Source of the DNA: Piromyces finnis finn
Taxonomy: Eukaryota > Fungi > Neocallimastigomycota
Reading direction: 5' to 3'
DNA: 64,000 nt
Assembly: GCA_002104945.1 (NCBI GenBank)
Contig: MCFH01000053.1
Location: forward strand, 186,001-250,000
The notes under the pieces were generated by a model, which had not been told where the DNA came from, did not search any database, and was given only the letters and a program-made list of their open reading frames with translations. Positions within the stretch are counted from its first letter, which is position 1, and the number at the start of each line of letters is the position of its first letter. Positions 1 to 13,326 of the stretch are shown piece after piece. Made by a program: the position numbers and the translations under genes.

Positions 1-90
1 GTTTCAAGTGAAATAGATAGTAGTCATTTATCTCTTGCTCATAAAAGTCAAGTTATAGGAAGATCAAGTGCTAGAAAAATAAAAATTTGA
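1..90 (+). CDS. probable 3' end of a gene starting before the window (VSSEIDSSHLSLAHKSQVIGRSSARKIKI*)
   Basis: Frame 1 is open from base 1 to TGA at 88-90 and is less AT-rich than the sequence that follows; no family recognised. Confidence 0.35.
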   Translation, partial: VSSEIDSSHLSLAHKSQVIGRSSARKIKI

Positions 91-1087
91 TGACTTTATG
101 ATTCCGATATTTCAATATCTTTATAATTCATAAAAATAAAAATTAAATAATATCATTATTCATATATATATATATATTTAAACTAGATTTTATAGATAAA
201 TATTATAATTAGATTTGTTTTATTTAAGGGGTTTTAATTTAGTAAAAAACTTCTTTATAAATATCAATTGTTTTAATCTTAAAAATAAAAATAAAATAAA
301 ACTATAGAAATATTAAATAAATATTACAATAAGAATTAAAATAAAATATTTTACTTTTTTTTTTTTTAATTACAAGTTAATTTTTTTTTTATATATTATT
401 AAAAATCATATTTTTATATGGAAATAAAAAATAATACAGCATAACTCTTATTAATAAAGCTAAATTAAAGCAGTTTAATGTATAATAAGAAAGAAAATCT
501 TATTTCTTTATTTTTATAAAAAAATTATTTATTTTTTTAAATTTGTAAAATTCTAACCTTTAAATAATTTCACAAAACAGAAAAAGACCAATAAATAATT
601 TTTTATACTTTTTAATAATAGGATCTTTTTAATTCAAATAAAAGTAAAAGAATTAGTAAATTAAAAAGAAAATAAACAAAATTTTTCATTTTCTTTTTTT
701 TTTCTTTTTTTTTTTTTTTTTTTCATACATACTATATATTTTTAAATAAAATAAATAAAATTACCAATATTAATAAAATATTTAAACTTTTTACATTTAA
801 TAAAAATAATTAAAATTAAACAAAAAAAAAATAAAGATTTATAAACCATTATTACAATATAAAAGAAAACAAAATAATACTAAACAAAGAAAATAAAGAA
901 TAAACATAAAAATAAAAAAGTAAATTAAATAAGATAAACAAAAAGTTAAAAAAATAATAATAAAAATAATAAAAATAAAAAGTAAGTATATATAAAAAAG
1001 ATTTTTAATATCCCTTAATTTACACATAACCAATTTTTATTAATATTATTTAATAATAAATAAAATGGAATTAGATATTATATTAAA

Positions 1088-1803
1088 ATGAATATTAATG
1101 TTAAAGAAACTCTTGAAAAAATAAAAAAATGGTTTTTTTTAATGCCATCTGGTACTAAGGCCATTTTTATATCTGTACTCTCTTTTTACATTTTAAAAAT
1201 CTTTTGGGCAGATGAGGTTGAAGATACATGTATAAATCCAAATATAATGTGGAGTCATATTATTACTGCTTGTAAGCTATACATAAATAATAATTATTCT
1301 ATATTTTAATGCATTAGTATTAATATATATCTTTTAATAAAAATGAAAAAAAAAAAATTCTTATCACTTCAATAGTGCCAAGATATATTCTCCATTCGTA
1401 ATAATTATATATTATAATCAAATTTATTAAAGTAATTTTGTTTTATTCATTAACATTATTTTCCTTTTCCTCTATTTTTATTCATAATTTTAATAATAAA
1501 GATTTGTTCATTCAAATATTCTTCACATTGTTTTTAATTCAATTGCATTAATTCATTTCTCATCAAATTTTGAAAAACATGTTGGAAGCGTTTTATTAGT
1601 ATATATTGTACTTTTATTTACAGTATTAATTGCAATATTATATTCATTTACAGCTCAACTCTTATCAATTTTCTTCATCAACAAATGGATGAATACTTGT
1701 ACTATTGGTATTTCAGGTGTATTATTTTCATTCATTACAATTGAAAGTCTTCAGAATGAAACTATTAAATAGTAAGTATTTATAATTAATAACCAAAAAT
1801 TTC

Positions 1804-1901
<98 letters not shown>

Positions 1902-2165
1902 TGAAATATAAATATTTATAATATAATATATATATATTTTATTTTTTTTTATTTTAAAGTATTAATGGATATGAAATTCCATCTAAATACAATCCATGGA
2001 TTCTTTTAGTATTTACCCAACTTATATGGCCAAAAGCTTCATTTTTAGGACATATTAGTGGTATAGCTATTGGTTACTTATGTAAGTAAAATATAAATTG
2101 ATTATTTAATAATTGTTATATATTAAATGTAGTATTATTATTTAATTAAATATATATTTACAATT

Positions 2166-2214
<49 letters not shown>

Positions 2215-2674
2215 AAAAGATTATAAAGGAGTATTCGAAAGAATAATGCTTACACATAGTACAATCTATTCAATTGAACAAAGTTTACCATTTGATTTAT
2301 CATCCTTTGTTGTTCATAATGGTGGTGCAAATCTTCCATTATTTAATGAAACCAGGTATGTTATTTAAATAATAGTAATGCTTTATTTAAAAATAATTCT
2401 CATATTATAAAATACTATAAGTGATAGGAATGATCAAGAATATGCTCGCTTAAACCAAGAGTTTGATGACATTTTCCCAGATGATGATGAAGATCCTTCT
2501 GCCGTTAGAATTTTTGATGATGATGATAATACTTCAGTTCAAACACCACTTGTTAATGGATTAATAAACGATACCAATAATACTGGTGTAGCAGGTCCTG
2601 CAATTGTATTATCTTCCAATAACAATAATAATAGTAGTAATTCTGCCAGTAGCGCACCAAATGAAACTGCTTAA
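1088..2674 (+). CDS. rhomboid-family intramembrane serine protease (RHBDD1/Rbd2-like), about 6 exons
   Basis: Spliced translation gives LPRYILHSFVHSNILHIVFN (HxxxxHxxFN), CTIGISGVLF (GxSG catalytic Ser) and SFLGHISG (catalytic His); GT-AG introns keep the frame; stop TAA 2672-2674. Confidence 0.9.
1804..1901. repeat. (AAT)n microsatellite, about 32 units, inside a rhomboid intron
   Basis: Perfect trinucleotide run read directly. Confidence 0.95.
2169..2212. repeat. (AAAT)n tetranucleotide repeat at the 3' end of a rhomboid intron
   Basis: Read directly. Confidence 0.9.
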
Positions 2675-4046
2675 CCAATAATATAAATAAATTTATATAA
2701 TTTATTATTTTTTTTAATATTATAATCGTAAATAGAACAGATAATTTAATATAAATTTAAAGAAAATATTTTTATAAAAAATATTAGCATAAACAACTTT
2801 CAATAAACATCAAAATAAAATATTTTTATATAAGCAATAACTTATTTATTTATTTATTAATAAACATGTAAGTGTAAAACAAAAACATATATGCATTTAA
2901 TAAACGAATAATAAAATGATAAAAACAGTATAAAAATTTTTATATAATCATTATAATTATTTAAATAATTATTAAAAAATATTTAATTTTATTGAAGAAA
3001 TATTTAAAAAGCATCAAAGTAAACAGTTATATTTCATTAAGAAGCAAAAGAAATGTTTTTTAAGTAATATCTATAGGAATAGTATACAATAATATTGAAA
3101 TTATTATTTATATTGAATATTTTTAAATTTTAATTTTACTTTGAAATTTTTTGATTGTATAATTTATACTTTTAATAAAGGATATTTAACATTTATATTT
3201 TATATTTAACTTTTTTATGAAAAGATATAGTGATTTATAATTAAAAGTGAGATAAATACATTATGAAAAATACAAAATATAAATATAATTAAATATTAAA
3301 AATAATTATTAATGTGTATACCATTTCATTCGAAAGAAACAAAATTGGTAATAAAGTTATTTTTTTTTTTTAAAACAATAACTTAAAAGAATAAAATGAA
3401 TAATAAAAAGAACGAAAAATGAACGTAGTATTAGTAATTCAACAATTATTATTAATAACAAAGATTTTCTTTGTTTCTAAAATTTTAAAAATAAAAATGT
3501 AGTCTTTCACATTATCATTATCATGTGAATTTTAAATTTGTTAATAAAATTAATGGAAAAATCAATTATTATTTTAAGTCTAGAAAGGAGTAAGTTTATT
3601 CATCTATATTATTTGAATATTCTTTTTTTCTTGTACAACCAATAACATTTTTAAGTTTTTAAGATTAACTTAACCTTCTTTATTATTTTATTATATATTT
3701 TATCATACAATATATGTTTTACAATATATCAGACATTAATGTATAATATATGTAATAATAAATTGAAAAATGAAAATATATCACAATTTTAATATTGATG
3801 AATTGCCAAAAAGTAAGCAAATAAAAATAACCTTCCTAACCTATTATTTTTATATGTATATACTTTATTAATTTTCAATTTTCCTAATTATTCCATTTAT
3901 AAATTATTAAAAATTTTAATATAAATATTTAAATTTAAATAATTTCTTTTCTTTTTTTTTTTTAATACTAAATTTTAATTATATTTAATTATATTATAAT
4001 TAATAATAATACTTATTTAATATATTTTAAAAAAGTCATAAACAAA

Positions 4047-4430
4047 ATGTCTTTCAACGTTTCCTTAAATTTAAATTCCAGTGATCCACTTTACGAACAA
4101 AAAAAAACTATTTTAGAAAGTAATGACATTGATATTTCTAAACCATTTGAAATTAATGAAGGTGCTCCACTTCCAAGTGGTTTAGTATCTGCTCTTCGTG
4201 TTCAATCTTTAACTGATTCTGAACTTTCAGGTGCTGCTGCTGTTCAAGGTGGAAGAATTGAAGCTATTCGTGCTGATCGTCAAAATGCTTTTGGAGAAGA
4301 AAATCAAAAGAATGCTCTTTCATCACTTCAAGATGCTTTAAAGAACAATGGTACTTCCTCCATTACTGTTTCTGATGCTTCTCCAGCACTTCTTGACAAA
4401 ACCTCTGCTGAAATCAACAAATTACTTTAA
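4047..4430 (+). CDS. small protein resembling a stand-alone Rubisco LSMT substrate-binding domain (C-terminal domain of SETD3/SETD6-like methyltransferases) with no SET domain
   Basis: 127 aa ORF with DPLYEQKKTILE...F.I...PLP..L...LRV..LT..EL...EEN...AL..L pattern; strong GCT/GGT/CGT/CTT codon bias; possible in-frame upstream exon 3770-3812 via intron 3813-4035. Confidence 0.7.
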   Translation: MSFNVSLNLNSSDPLYEQKKTILESNDIDISKPFEINEGAPLPSGLVSALRVQSLTDSELSGAAAVQGGRIEAIRADRQNAFGEENQKNALSSLQDALKNNGTSSITVSDASPALLDKTSAEINKLL

Positions 4431-5058
4431 ATATCAGGAATAATTTAAATACAAATATATATAAATAATAAAAAATATATATTTTTCAATGAAAAATTGT
4501 CATTAAAATAATTATTTACTGTGATAATAACAAAATACTTTTTATATAAAAATATATAATTCGAAATTCCATTAACCATAAAAAATAATGATTAAATCAT
4601 CTTTAATAAATCAACACACACATTGTACTTGTATAAAAAACATATTGTATTATAAGTAAAAATTAAAAATTTGAAAATAAAGAGAAAATAACCTTTCTAT
4701 AAAATAATTATACCTTTTAATAAATATTCTAAATAAAAATATTTCAAATAAATATTTAATTTATTCTATATAATTAAAATTTTAATTCTTTTTAATTAGT
4801 CTCTTATATTATAAACGTTTAATAAAGTAATTGTCATACTGTTATAAATATTTATAATATATTTTAAATTTTAATGTAATAAGTTAATTTCCTATCAATA
4901 ACATAATTTAATCCTTATTAATTTTCTATTAATTAATTTTATTACTTTATTGTTATTAGTATTTATTTTTTGTATTATTTGAATATTTTAATTATTTTAT
5001 TATTATTAGTTTATTTATTATATATGATTTATATGTATTTTTTTTCGTTTTCTTTAAA

Positions 5059-5792
5059 TTAAGCTTTGAGATCAAATTCTGAGGCTTTTCCTGACATAAT
5101 TAAACCAATAATAAGTCCGAATAAACCAATAATTGATCCGAAAATTTCAACAACAAGGACCTTAACGAATAAACTGGCATCAGCAGCATCGGCTAAAGCT
5201 GCACTAGAACCAGAAATACCAACACAAATACCACAAGCAAGATCAGAGAAACCTACACATAAACCAGACCAGAATAAAGCGAAACCGGTGAAGTAGAATG
5301 AACGGCTTTGGAAACCATTACCACCGTGACCAGAACCAATCTTTGAAGAGAAGATAATAGCGATAATAATACCGTAAATAGCGACAACTTCACAGAAAAT
5401 AATACTGATAAGATTCTTAGTCTTAATTCTTGGAACTCTAACAGCACCACCAAGAATAGTAGCACCACAAATGTAAATACCCCTATTATAATTTAGTAAT
5501 TATTTTATAAGTAGATTAGAAATTCGTTAATTTTTTACTTTATTTTCAATATTTTTCTTTTATAATAATTTTAATATTTTAATCCTTACCAAGCAGCACC
5601 AACAACACTAATACCAACGGCAAAGGCAGCACCTAATAAAGCCCATAAGTATGGATTAGTTTGTAATAAGAAATTACCGAAGCTGAATTCTTCACCCTTG
5701 CCAGTGAAAACAAGGTTTAAAGCAGTAACAGCTAATAAAGTAGCTGTTAAGTAGTAAACAGATTGTGCTTTTATGTTAGTGAAAAAACCCAT
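5059..5792 (-). CDS. VMA16: V-ATPase proteolipid subunit c'' (21-23 kDa), 2 exons (5792-5590, 5482-5059)
   Basis: NPYLWALLG...[41 protein letters not shown] with the conserved Glu, and [13 protein letters not shown]; clean GT-AG intron. Confidence 0.95.
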
Positions 5793-6371
5793 GTTCTATT
5801 TGTTTTTTTATATAAATCAATAAATTTCAGAAATTTTAGATTAGAATTTTTAATCTCTTACAATAACATTAAAATAATTATATTGTTATTTAATTTCCAT
5901 TAATTTGTTTATAATATCTTATTTATATTTTACTACTCGATAACATACGTTTTCGTTTGGTTATTCTTTTTTTTATTTTTTTTTTTTTAATTTTTTTTTC
6001 CTTTAATTTATTTTTATTTTATTTTATTTTATTTTTATTTTTTTTTTGCTGTTTTAAAAATTTGAAAAAAAAAAAATAAATTTTAAACTTGAAATAATGA
6101 AATTAATAAATAATATAAATAGCTTATTATTATGATAATAATAAAATTATTATTAATTTATAAATAAAATTTATAATTTATAAAAGATAATATAAAATGA
6201 TAATAAATTTAAATGTAATTTCGATAATATTTAAACTTTCTTATTATAATGTATAAAAATATTACAAAACTTTTATCATATCTATTGTATTTAATGTATA
6301 CATTATCAATACATGACTATATAAAATAAAAAATAAATAATAATATTTAAATTCATCATTGGTTATTTTGA

Positions 6372-6387
6372 TTACGTCACAACCAAT
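6372..6387. promoter_or_regulatory. candidate CRE/ATF site (TTACGTCA) next to a CCAAT box, about 580 bp upstream of VMA16
   Basis: TTACGTCA 6372-6379 and CCAAT 6383-6387 in a CpG-poor background; function not shown. Confidence 0.3.
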
Positions 6388-6573
6388 CATTACTGTTTTG
6401 GGCTTTTTAAATACATTTACATTTTTGAAACTACATTATTGTAAACATTTTTTATAGCTACATTATTATTTTATTTACAATTTTTAGTGAGAAAGAGTTG
6501 TGAATAATCCACATTAAGAATAAAGTATATTGTATTATTTTATATTAACATTTAATTAAAATTATTAAATATT

Positions 6574-8080
6574 TTAATGATCGTGTCTTTCTCTACTATA
6601 ACTTCTATTTCTTCTGGGTCTGCTATCTCTACTTCTGCTTCTATCCCTACTCTTTCTCCTGCTTTTCTCTCTTCCTCTATTTCTACTATCACTTCTATAT
6701 CTTGTATATTTGTCTCTACTTAAGCTTCTATCTCTCCTGTTTCTATCTCTACTTCTACTTCTACTTCTATCTCTACTTCTACTTCTTTCTCTGCTTCTAC
6801 TTCTTTCTCTGCTTCTGCTTCTTTCTCTACTTCTGCTTCTATTTCTACTTCTGCTTCTATCTCTACTTCTGCTCCTATCTCTGCTTCTGCTTCTGCTCTT
6901 TCTTGTAGAAGAATAATTTTTATTCTTTCCACTCTCGTTATTATATTTTTCATTTGAGTTTTTATCTTTTTCATTTTCAATTTCTATTTTATCCTGTTTT
7001 TGTCTATGTGAATGTCTATGTTTATGATGATGTTTATGCTTTTTATGTCTTTTCTTATCCTTTTTTTCTTGTCTTTCAATTAAATAGTCTTTCATTGGAT
7101 CATCTGGATCCAAAGTTTCTAATAATTTTGTCATTTTTTTAGATTGTTTAACAGCTTCTTCTATATATATATTATTTATAAAAAATATATCATTTATTAA
7201 TTAACTTAAAATTTTAAAATATAATAAACTTTCAAAGTATGTTTAAATCCATTATCTTATTTTACCTGGTAATACTCCTTGAGGTGCTATTTGATACTCT
7301 TCTTCATCTTCCTCATCATCTTCATTTTTCTTTGGTTTTTTATAATGTAATACATGATCAACTCTTAATACTCTCCCTAATAACTATTCCATAATAAATA
7401 AATAGATATCAATTATATAAATATTAATATTTTAGAATTTCAATTATTAATTTTCTAATTAATTTTACTTTTGTCCCATTAAAATTATCTACAGCTAATA
7501 CTGTACTTCTTTGGTCTTCATATGCTAAAAATGCAAATCCTTTACTTTTTCCTGTTTCTTTATCTCTTACAAGATTAAAATCAACTACTTCACCATATCT
7601 TTAGTAAATTATTTGAATAAGTTCAATTTTATTATTAATTTAAAAATGTTTATTTGTTAATTGTTAATGTGATAAATAAACTTACTGAGAAAAAACACAA
7701 ATTACATCCTGTTCTGATAAATCAAATGGAATTCCCCCTATAAAAATATATGCTGAATCTTTATATTGGTCATGCCATGATCCTGATAAATTTATTTCAT
7801 TTTTAATTTCTAATTCATTTATTCTACTAATTTCTTTTACAACACTGTATAAATAAAGAGAAAAAAAAAATAAATTATATTATTATTATTATATTATCTT
7901 TTTTTTATTTTTTTTATTTTTATTTTGGATAAATTCTTTAAATATTTAATTTAGAGTATAAAAATAATTTTACTTATTTTATTGTCAACATAAATCTTTA
8001 TAACAAATATAATACATAATAGCGATACAATTATATATTAATATTATAATGCACTAAATTTTATTAAACACTTACTTCAT
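6574..8080 (-). CDS. RBMX2: RES complex RRM protein RBMX2/Ist3/Snu17 with RS-rich C-terminal tail, 5 exons
   Basis: MNVVKEISRINELE...[73 protein letters not shown]...GRVLRVDHV; first coding exon is 5 nt (ATGAA, 8080-8076). Confidence 0.95.
6715..6900 (-). repeat. coding tandem repeat of about 18 nt units encoding (SRSR[D/E]R)n of the RBMX2 RS domain
   Basis: Repeated tctatctctacttctgct-like units; explains the spurious overlapping ORFs. Confidence 0.9.
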
Positions 8081-8427
8081 TATACTATGATTATTATGAA
8101 TTTTTGAAATTCATAAAAGATTTTACTTATTCCACGTTTTTAACAATTAGCAGTTTTTTTAATTATTTAAAAATTAATTTTTACTGTAACACAAAGATAT
8201 ATGAATTTTTTTGTTGATCTTTTTAAAAATGGAAAAATTAAAAATTACAAAAAAAAAAAAAATAAATAAATAAAAACTTAATAAATTTTTAAAATAATTT
8301 ATTAAGTTTTAATAATTATAGAATATAAATATAAAAGTAAATTATAAAAAAAGATATTTCAAATTAATTCTATTAATTAATTTTAATATATAGTAAAATT
8401 TATATTCTAAAATGATTATAAAAAAAT

Positions 8428-8440
8428 GTTGCCTCCCAAC
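8428..8440 (+). promoter_or_regulatory. X-box-like (RFX) motif GTTGCCTCCCAAC in the RBMX2/CFAP96 divergent promoter
   Basis: Perfect GTTGCC half site and degenerate second half versus GTTGCCATGGCAAC; about 180 bp upstream of the CFAP96 ATG. Confidence 0.3.
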
Positions 8441-8620
8441 TCTCGAATCATGATGTTTTTTTAGGTGAGAAATAAAAAAGTAATATGATTTATTACAGTT
8501 TTTAGTTTTTAGTTTTTTTTCTTCTTCTTTTTCTTTTTCTATATTATTTAATTTTTAATTAATAATTTTTAATAATAAAATAAGATAATACTTTAATATC
8601 ATAAAAAAGTGTAAATAAAA

Positions 8621-10391
8621 ATGAAAGGGAAAAAGGAAGCAGCTCCAATTAAACCAGATTTGGATCGTATGGGGATATTCCAAGAGGTTTAAAATAATTT
8701 ATTTTAAATAAATAAAAGATAAAAAGTAGATACTGTTTATTAAATGTTTTTGTTTTTAAACATCATCATCAAATTTAGATGGAATATATCTCTAAAGACC
8801 AATATGTAGATAAATTTAAAAGTATTGTAATTAACAAAAAATTAAAATAATAATGATAACAACAATTATGAAATTAATAAATAAATTTTTTTGATAGTGA
8901 ATAAAAGTTTAGAGAGAGGAAAGGGAAAACAACTTATTATTAATTCTTCGAAAAAGGGACATGATACTAACGATGTGTATTTCGAGAATTTTAAAAGAGT
9001 GTTTGAGGTATAACATATATTATTATTATTATTTTATTTTTATTTTTTTTTTTTTCTTGAATTACTTATTAGTATATTAATTTAAATTATAAAAACGAAT
9101 TTGATGTGTAGAAAGAAGCATACACTAAAGTAAATGAAGTATATAGAAAAAAAAGACTAGAAAATTTAAAAAAAGTTACAGTTCCCTTTAGACCATCAAA
9201 TGTTTGTCCAAAAGGGTAATGTTTATATAAATATTCAATTTACTATTCAATCATTGATAATCATACTGAGTATCATAATATGTTAAATATAAAATAGTTC
9301 AGGAAAAGGTTCAATTTATGGTACATTTGATCAACAATATCCACTTAGTGATAAAGATAAGGAAGTTCATGTAAGATCAAAACCATCAACCCCTTCACAT
9401 TCATCTACTAAAACGAATAAAAATATTTATACCAATCCAGCTAAAAAGGGTGTTGGTTATGGTTATTTAGATGTTACTATTGGAAAATATTATGAATATA
9501 TGAGCGATCCTTATGATAGAATAAAAGAAATGAAAAAGGTAATAAAGAAAATAAAAATCTTAATATTGTTTGAAATTTATTATTATTTATTTTTTTTTTT
9601 TTTAAAAAAAAATTTAAATATTTTTAAATTAATAATTATTGATTTCAATAGAAGGAAAGATTAGAAAATGAAAAGAGAAATATTGATACAAAACCATTTA
9701 TTGCAGGTTCAAATAAAAATGATTGTTTTGATAATTCAGGATATAGTTGGGAAATCAATAGAGAAACAAGTATGCTATATATAGTTTATGAATATATATC
9801 ATTAGTTGTTGTATTATTGAGATAGTTCAATTATAAATCAAAATTTAATTAATTTAATATATTTATTAATAAATATCATTGACAAAAAAATTTTAACAAT
9901 ATGAAGTTGCTAAAAACAAGAAAAAGGATACAACATCAGATAAGAAAAAATTTGAACAACCATTTAGACCTGCATCTAATATTGATTTTACAATTAATAA
10001 GTTCCCAGAATATATATCTGATGGAATTGAACAAAATAAAAATAAGGAATTATTAAGACGTTCTCAACTTCGTAAAGAAGGAAAACTTAATAACTTGGCT
10101 CATGGAAATATGAGATTAGGTGGTACAATAAAATCATATCCTATTTCATCTATAATAGACAAAAGTATATCTCATTGTCCTCCGAAATGGGCACAAGAAT
10201 CATTACAAAATGGTAGAAAAGTTAAAGAGTTCAAAAAAGTTATCAATTATAATGACCCAATTGTATTATTCGTAAGTATCAACACTTTTATAACAGTTTT
10301 TTTTTTTCGATTCAATTTTTTAATTTAATTAAAATTAAAAAAAAAAAAGCATGAAATTAAGTCTAATTTATTTAAATTCTTTATTTTATAA
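8621..10391 (+). CDS. CFAP96: cilia/flagella-associated protein 96 (C4orf47/UPF0602 family), multi-exon; last exon uncertain
   Basis: DLDRMGIFQEMEYI, YFENFKRVFE, GKGSIYGTF and KNIYTNPAKKGVGYGYLDVTIGK match recalled C4orf47 motifs (KNLYTNPGKKGTGYGYANITIGK). Confidence 0.85.
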
Positions 10392-10928
10392 TATATTGCG
10401 TCAAATGAATAGCCGTATGAGACTTATAAAAATTGAAGAAACTAAAAAGAGAGAGAGAGAAAAAAAAAGAAATATTTAAACTGTTTATTATATATTATAT
10501 TATTTATTTATAGATCATTTCTTTTTCAGTAATAAATTCATATTTTCTTAATATTGAGTTATAGAATATTTTATTATTTCATTAATTATAGAATTTCTTT
10601 CTCCTTAAGAATATTATAACTAGTGAATTTCTTAATAAAGTATAATACAGTCATCTTTAAAGATTCTATATTATTTGTTATAAATATGTAAAATAATCCA
10701 AAATAACAAGTAATAAATCTTTTTTTAAAAAAGATTTTAAATTTCTCTTTTTGCGCCTTCTTTTTAATTTTCGTATATATTCATGTAAAAAAGTATATTA
10801 TATGATATATGTTTATTCATTCCTTATAAATAGTAACTTAAAGATTTTTATATTATAATTATTTTAATGTTTTTGATATTTCATTTTATAAATATTTTTT
10901 AATTATTCTTTAGTAATTTTATTCAATT

Positions 10929-10964
<36 letters not shown>

Positions 10965-11005
10965 ACTAGAATAAAATAACACTTTATTAATTCTTTTATT
11001 AAATC

Positions 11006-11036
<31 letters not shown>

Positions 11037-11059
11037 AATTTAAGTTTATTTATATGGTC

Positions 11060-11090
<31 letters not shown>

Positions 11091-11477
11091 TTATTATTAT
11101 TATATTATTATTATTTACTGTTAAAATAACTTTAAATGTATGAAAAAGTTTATAATTAAAGTGGTACAAGTACTTTCAGTACTATTAAAAACCGTATTGA
11201 GATTTGATTAATTATTATTTAATATTTTATTAATGTAATTATAATAACTAAAATAAGGAATGTTTTAATAAAACATAAAATTTTATTTGTTTGTAAATAA
11301 TAATATATATTTTTGAATTTTCTTTTTATTTATTCTTTTAACAATTTTTTATATTAAAATTAATAAATAGGAATAAAATAATTTAAATAGAAAATAAATT
11401 CATTTTATAAAAAAAAATTTTTTTTTCTTTTTTATTTTTCTTATTTGACTTTCATATATACATTCAATTTATAAAAT

Positions 11478-13294
11478 TTATAATAAATTAGAGGATAATT
11501 CATTCATTAAAAATAGCAATTGATATGATATTAATTTTCCCGGTTTTATATTTCCTTTATTCTCGTTTTCTAAAAATTTTGATATTTCGTTCATATTATT
11601 TATTTTATTTTCAATATTTTTTAGTTGAATTGTAATATTATCATTTTCTTCGTCTACTTCCATCATTGAATCATCATCGTTAATTGAATTTTCTATTTTT
11701 TCTGAACTATCGTCATTTGATAGTTTAATATTATATTTCAATAATTTAAAGCTTATAATAGAATCAGGATAACTGTTTGGTATATTTATATCAGCTCTAA
11801 TAGACAATTCTTAATTTATATCAAATAACAACAATGATAACAATATATATATATATAGTTGATATTAATAATTATGTATTAGATTATATAAACCATAATA
11901 AAATTATATATATATATATATTTCTTTTAAATAAATTAATACCTTTATTTATACTAATAACTGCATCGAAATTATTATAATCATTCATCTTTAAGTACAT
12001 TAATTTTACAGGTAATTCTTTTATATTTATTTGTGTTTCAACAATAAACTTTCCACCTTTTTATAATATTAATTTTTATTAGTAAATTTAAAGATATAAT
12101 TATTATAATTAATATTTATTTGAAAGTTAATATTCTCATTAACAATTGTTTTAACTTTTTATTATTTTAAAATTTTACCTGATAGTTTTTTAATTTGATC
12201 TTCTAAATCATTTAGAGAGTTAATTCTTCCATAAATTAAATCAACAACTTCAGCAAAACATGGGTAATTCATAAGTTTTTGAGTATAATCAAATTCAGCA
12301 TTGTTAAATACGTTCTTTTGATAATGTAAAGTTGGAACAAAGTCTAATCCACAAATAATTTGAGCCCATGAATAGGCATAACCATATTCTTTATCGGGTT
12401 GAAAAACGAATGGCTTTTTATCATTTTTACTTTTTTTTTTTTTTTATTTATATATAAAGTAAGTTTAGTAAATTTAAATGAACTATATATTTCAAGTATT
12501 CAGTAATTTTATTCATATTTACTTATTATATAAAAAAGCATTGGCGGGATTTGGTGATGTTTCACCAGTATCACCTTTATATAAGCATGATAAAAATGAT
12601 AATGAAGATACACTTTTAAATTCTTTTTGTACGACGGGAACAACAGTAATGATATTCAATTCTGGTAAGTATGAAAAAATAATATCTATATCTATTATAT
12701 AGAACAAAAACATGTTGTTTATTATATGATCATTTTAAAAGGAACCTTTTTTAATAATTTTAATTTAATGTATTATATATTTATACCTTTAAATTTTATC
12801 TGAATCTTTAATGGAAATATTCTATATAATGAATTAACTTTTTTAGATGAAATTTCTGCTGTATTTGAAGTTGAATTGTAGCGTGAGTGTTTTTTCTTAG
12901 AACTTAATAAAGGACTGGAATGAACTGAACTTATTGGTGAAATAAAGGAATCAGTATTTTCATTTCCATGTTTATTTCTTTTCTTTTGTATAAAAGATGA
13001 TATTGTTGATGGATCACCTAATATTTCTGTAGTAATTTTATTATCTTTTTATATCAATTATTTTAGACATTAAAAATATTTTTTGTTAGTTATGATTACT
13101 AAAAATATTAAAAATTATGTATATTCATGTATTAGCATTTAATTATATAAAATTTACCAAAAGCTTCTTGGTAACCCATGGCTTGCTTATATAAAATAAA
13201 TAATGGTTCAGGTAGTAATAATGAAATTTCATTTTGCTTTCTTACATTAGTGTGTGATAATTTCAAGTCATCTTGAAGAGTAGATGAATTCTTT

Positions 13295-13326
<32 letters not shown>

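Noticed and set aside
839-1033. Short ORFs in the track such as 839-1033, 21434-21706, 32064-32249, 32331-32555, 46499-46693, 47857-48060 and 49980-50165
   Set aside because: Low-complexity F/I/L/Y/N translations of AT-rich introns or intergenic DNA, with no motifs or codon bias
6702-7142. Overlapping ORFs 6702-6908, 6710-6916, 6720-6980 and 6954-7142
   Set aside because: Alternative-frame or antisense shadows of the RBMX2 RS repeat
10411-10420. Group II intron domain V-like AGCCGTATGA
   Set aside because: No complementary arm or domain VI; isolated match
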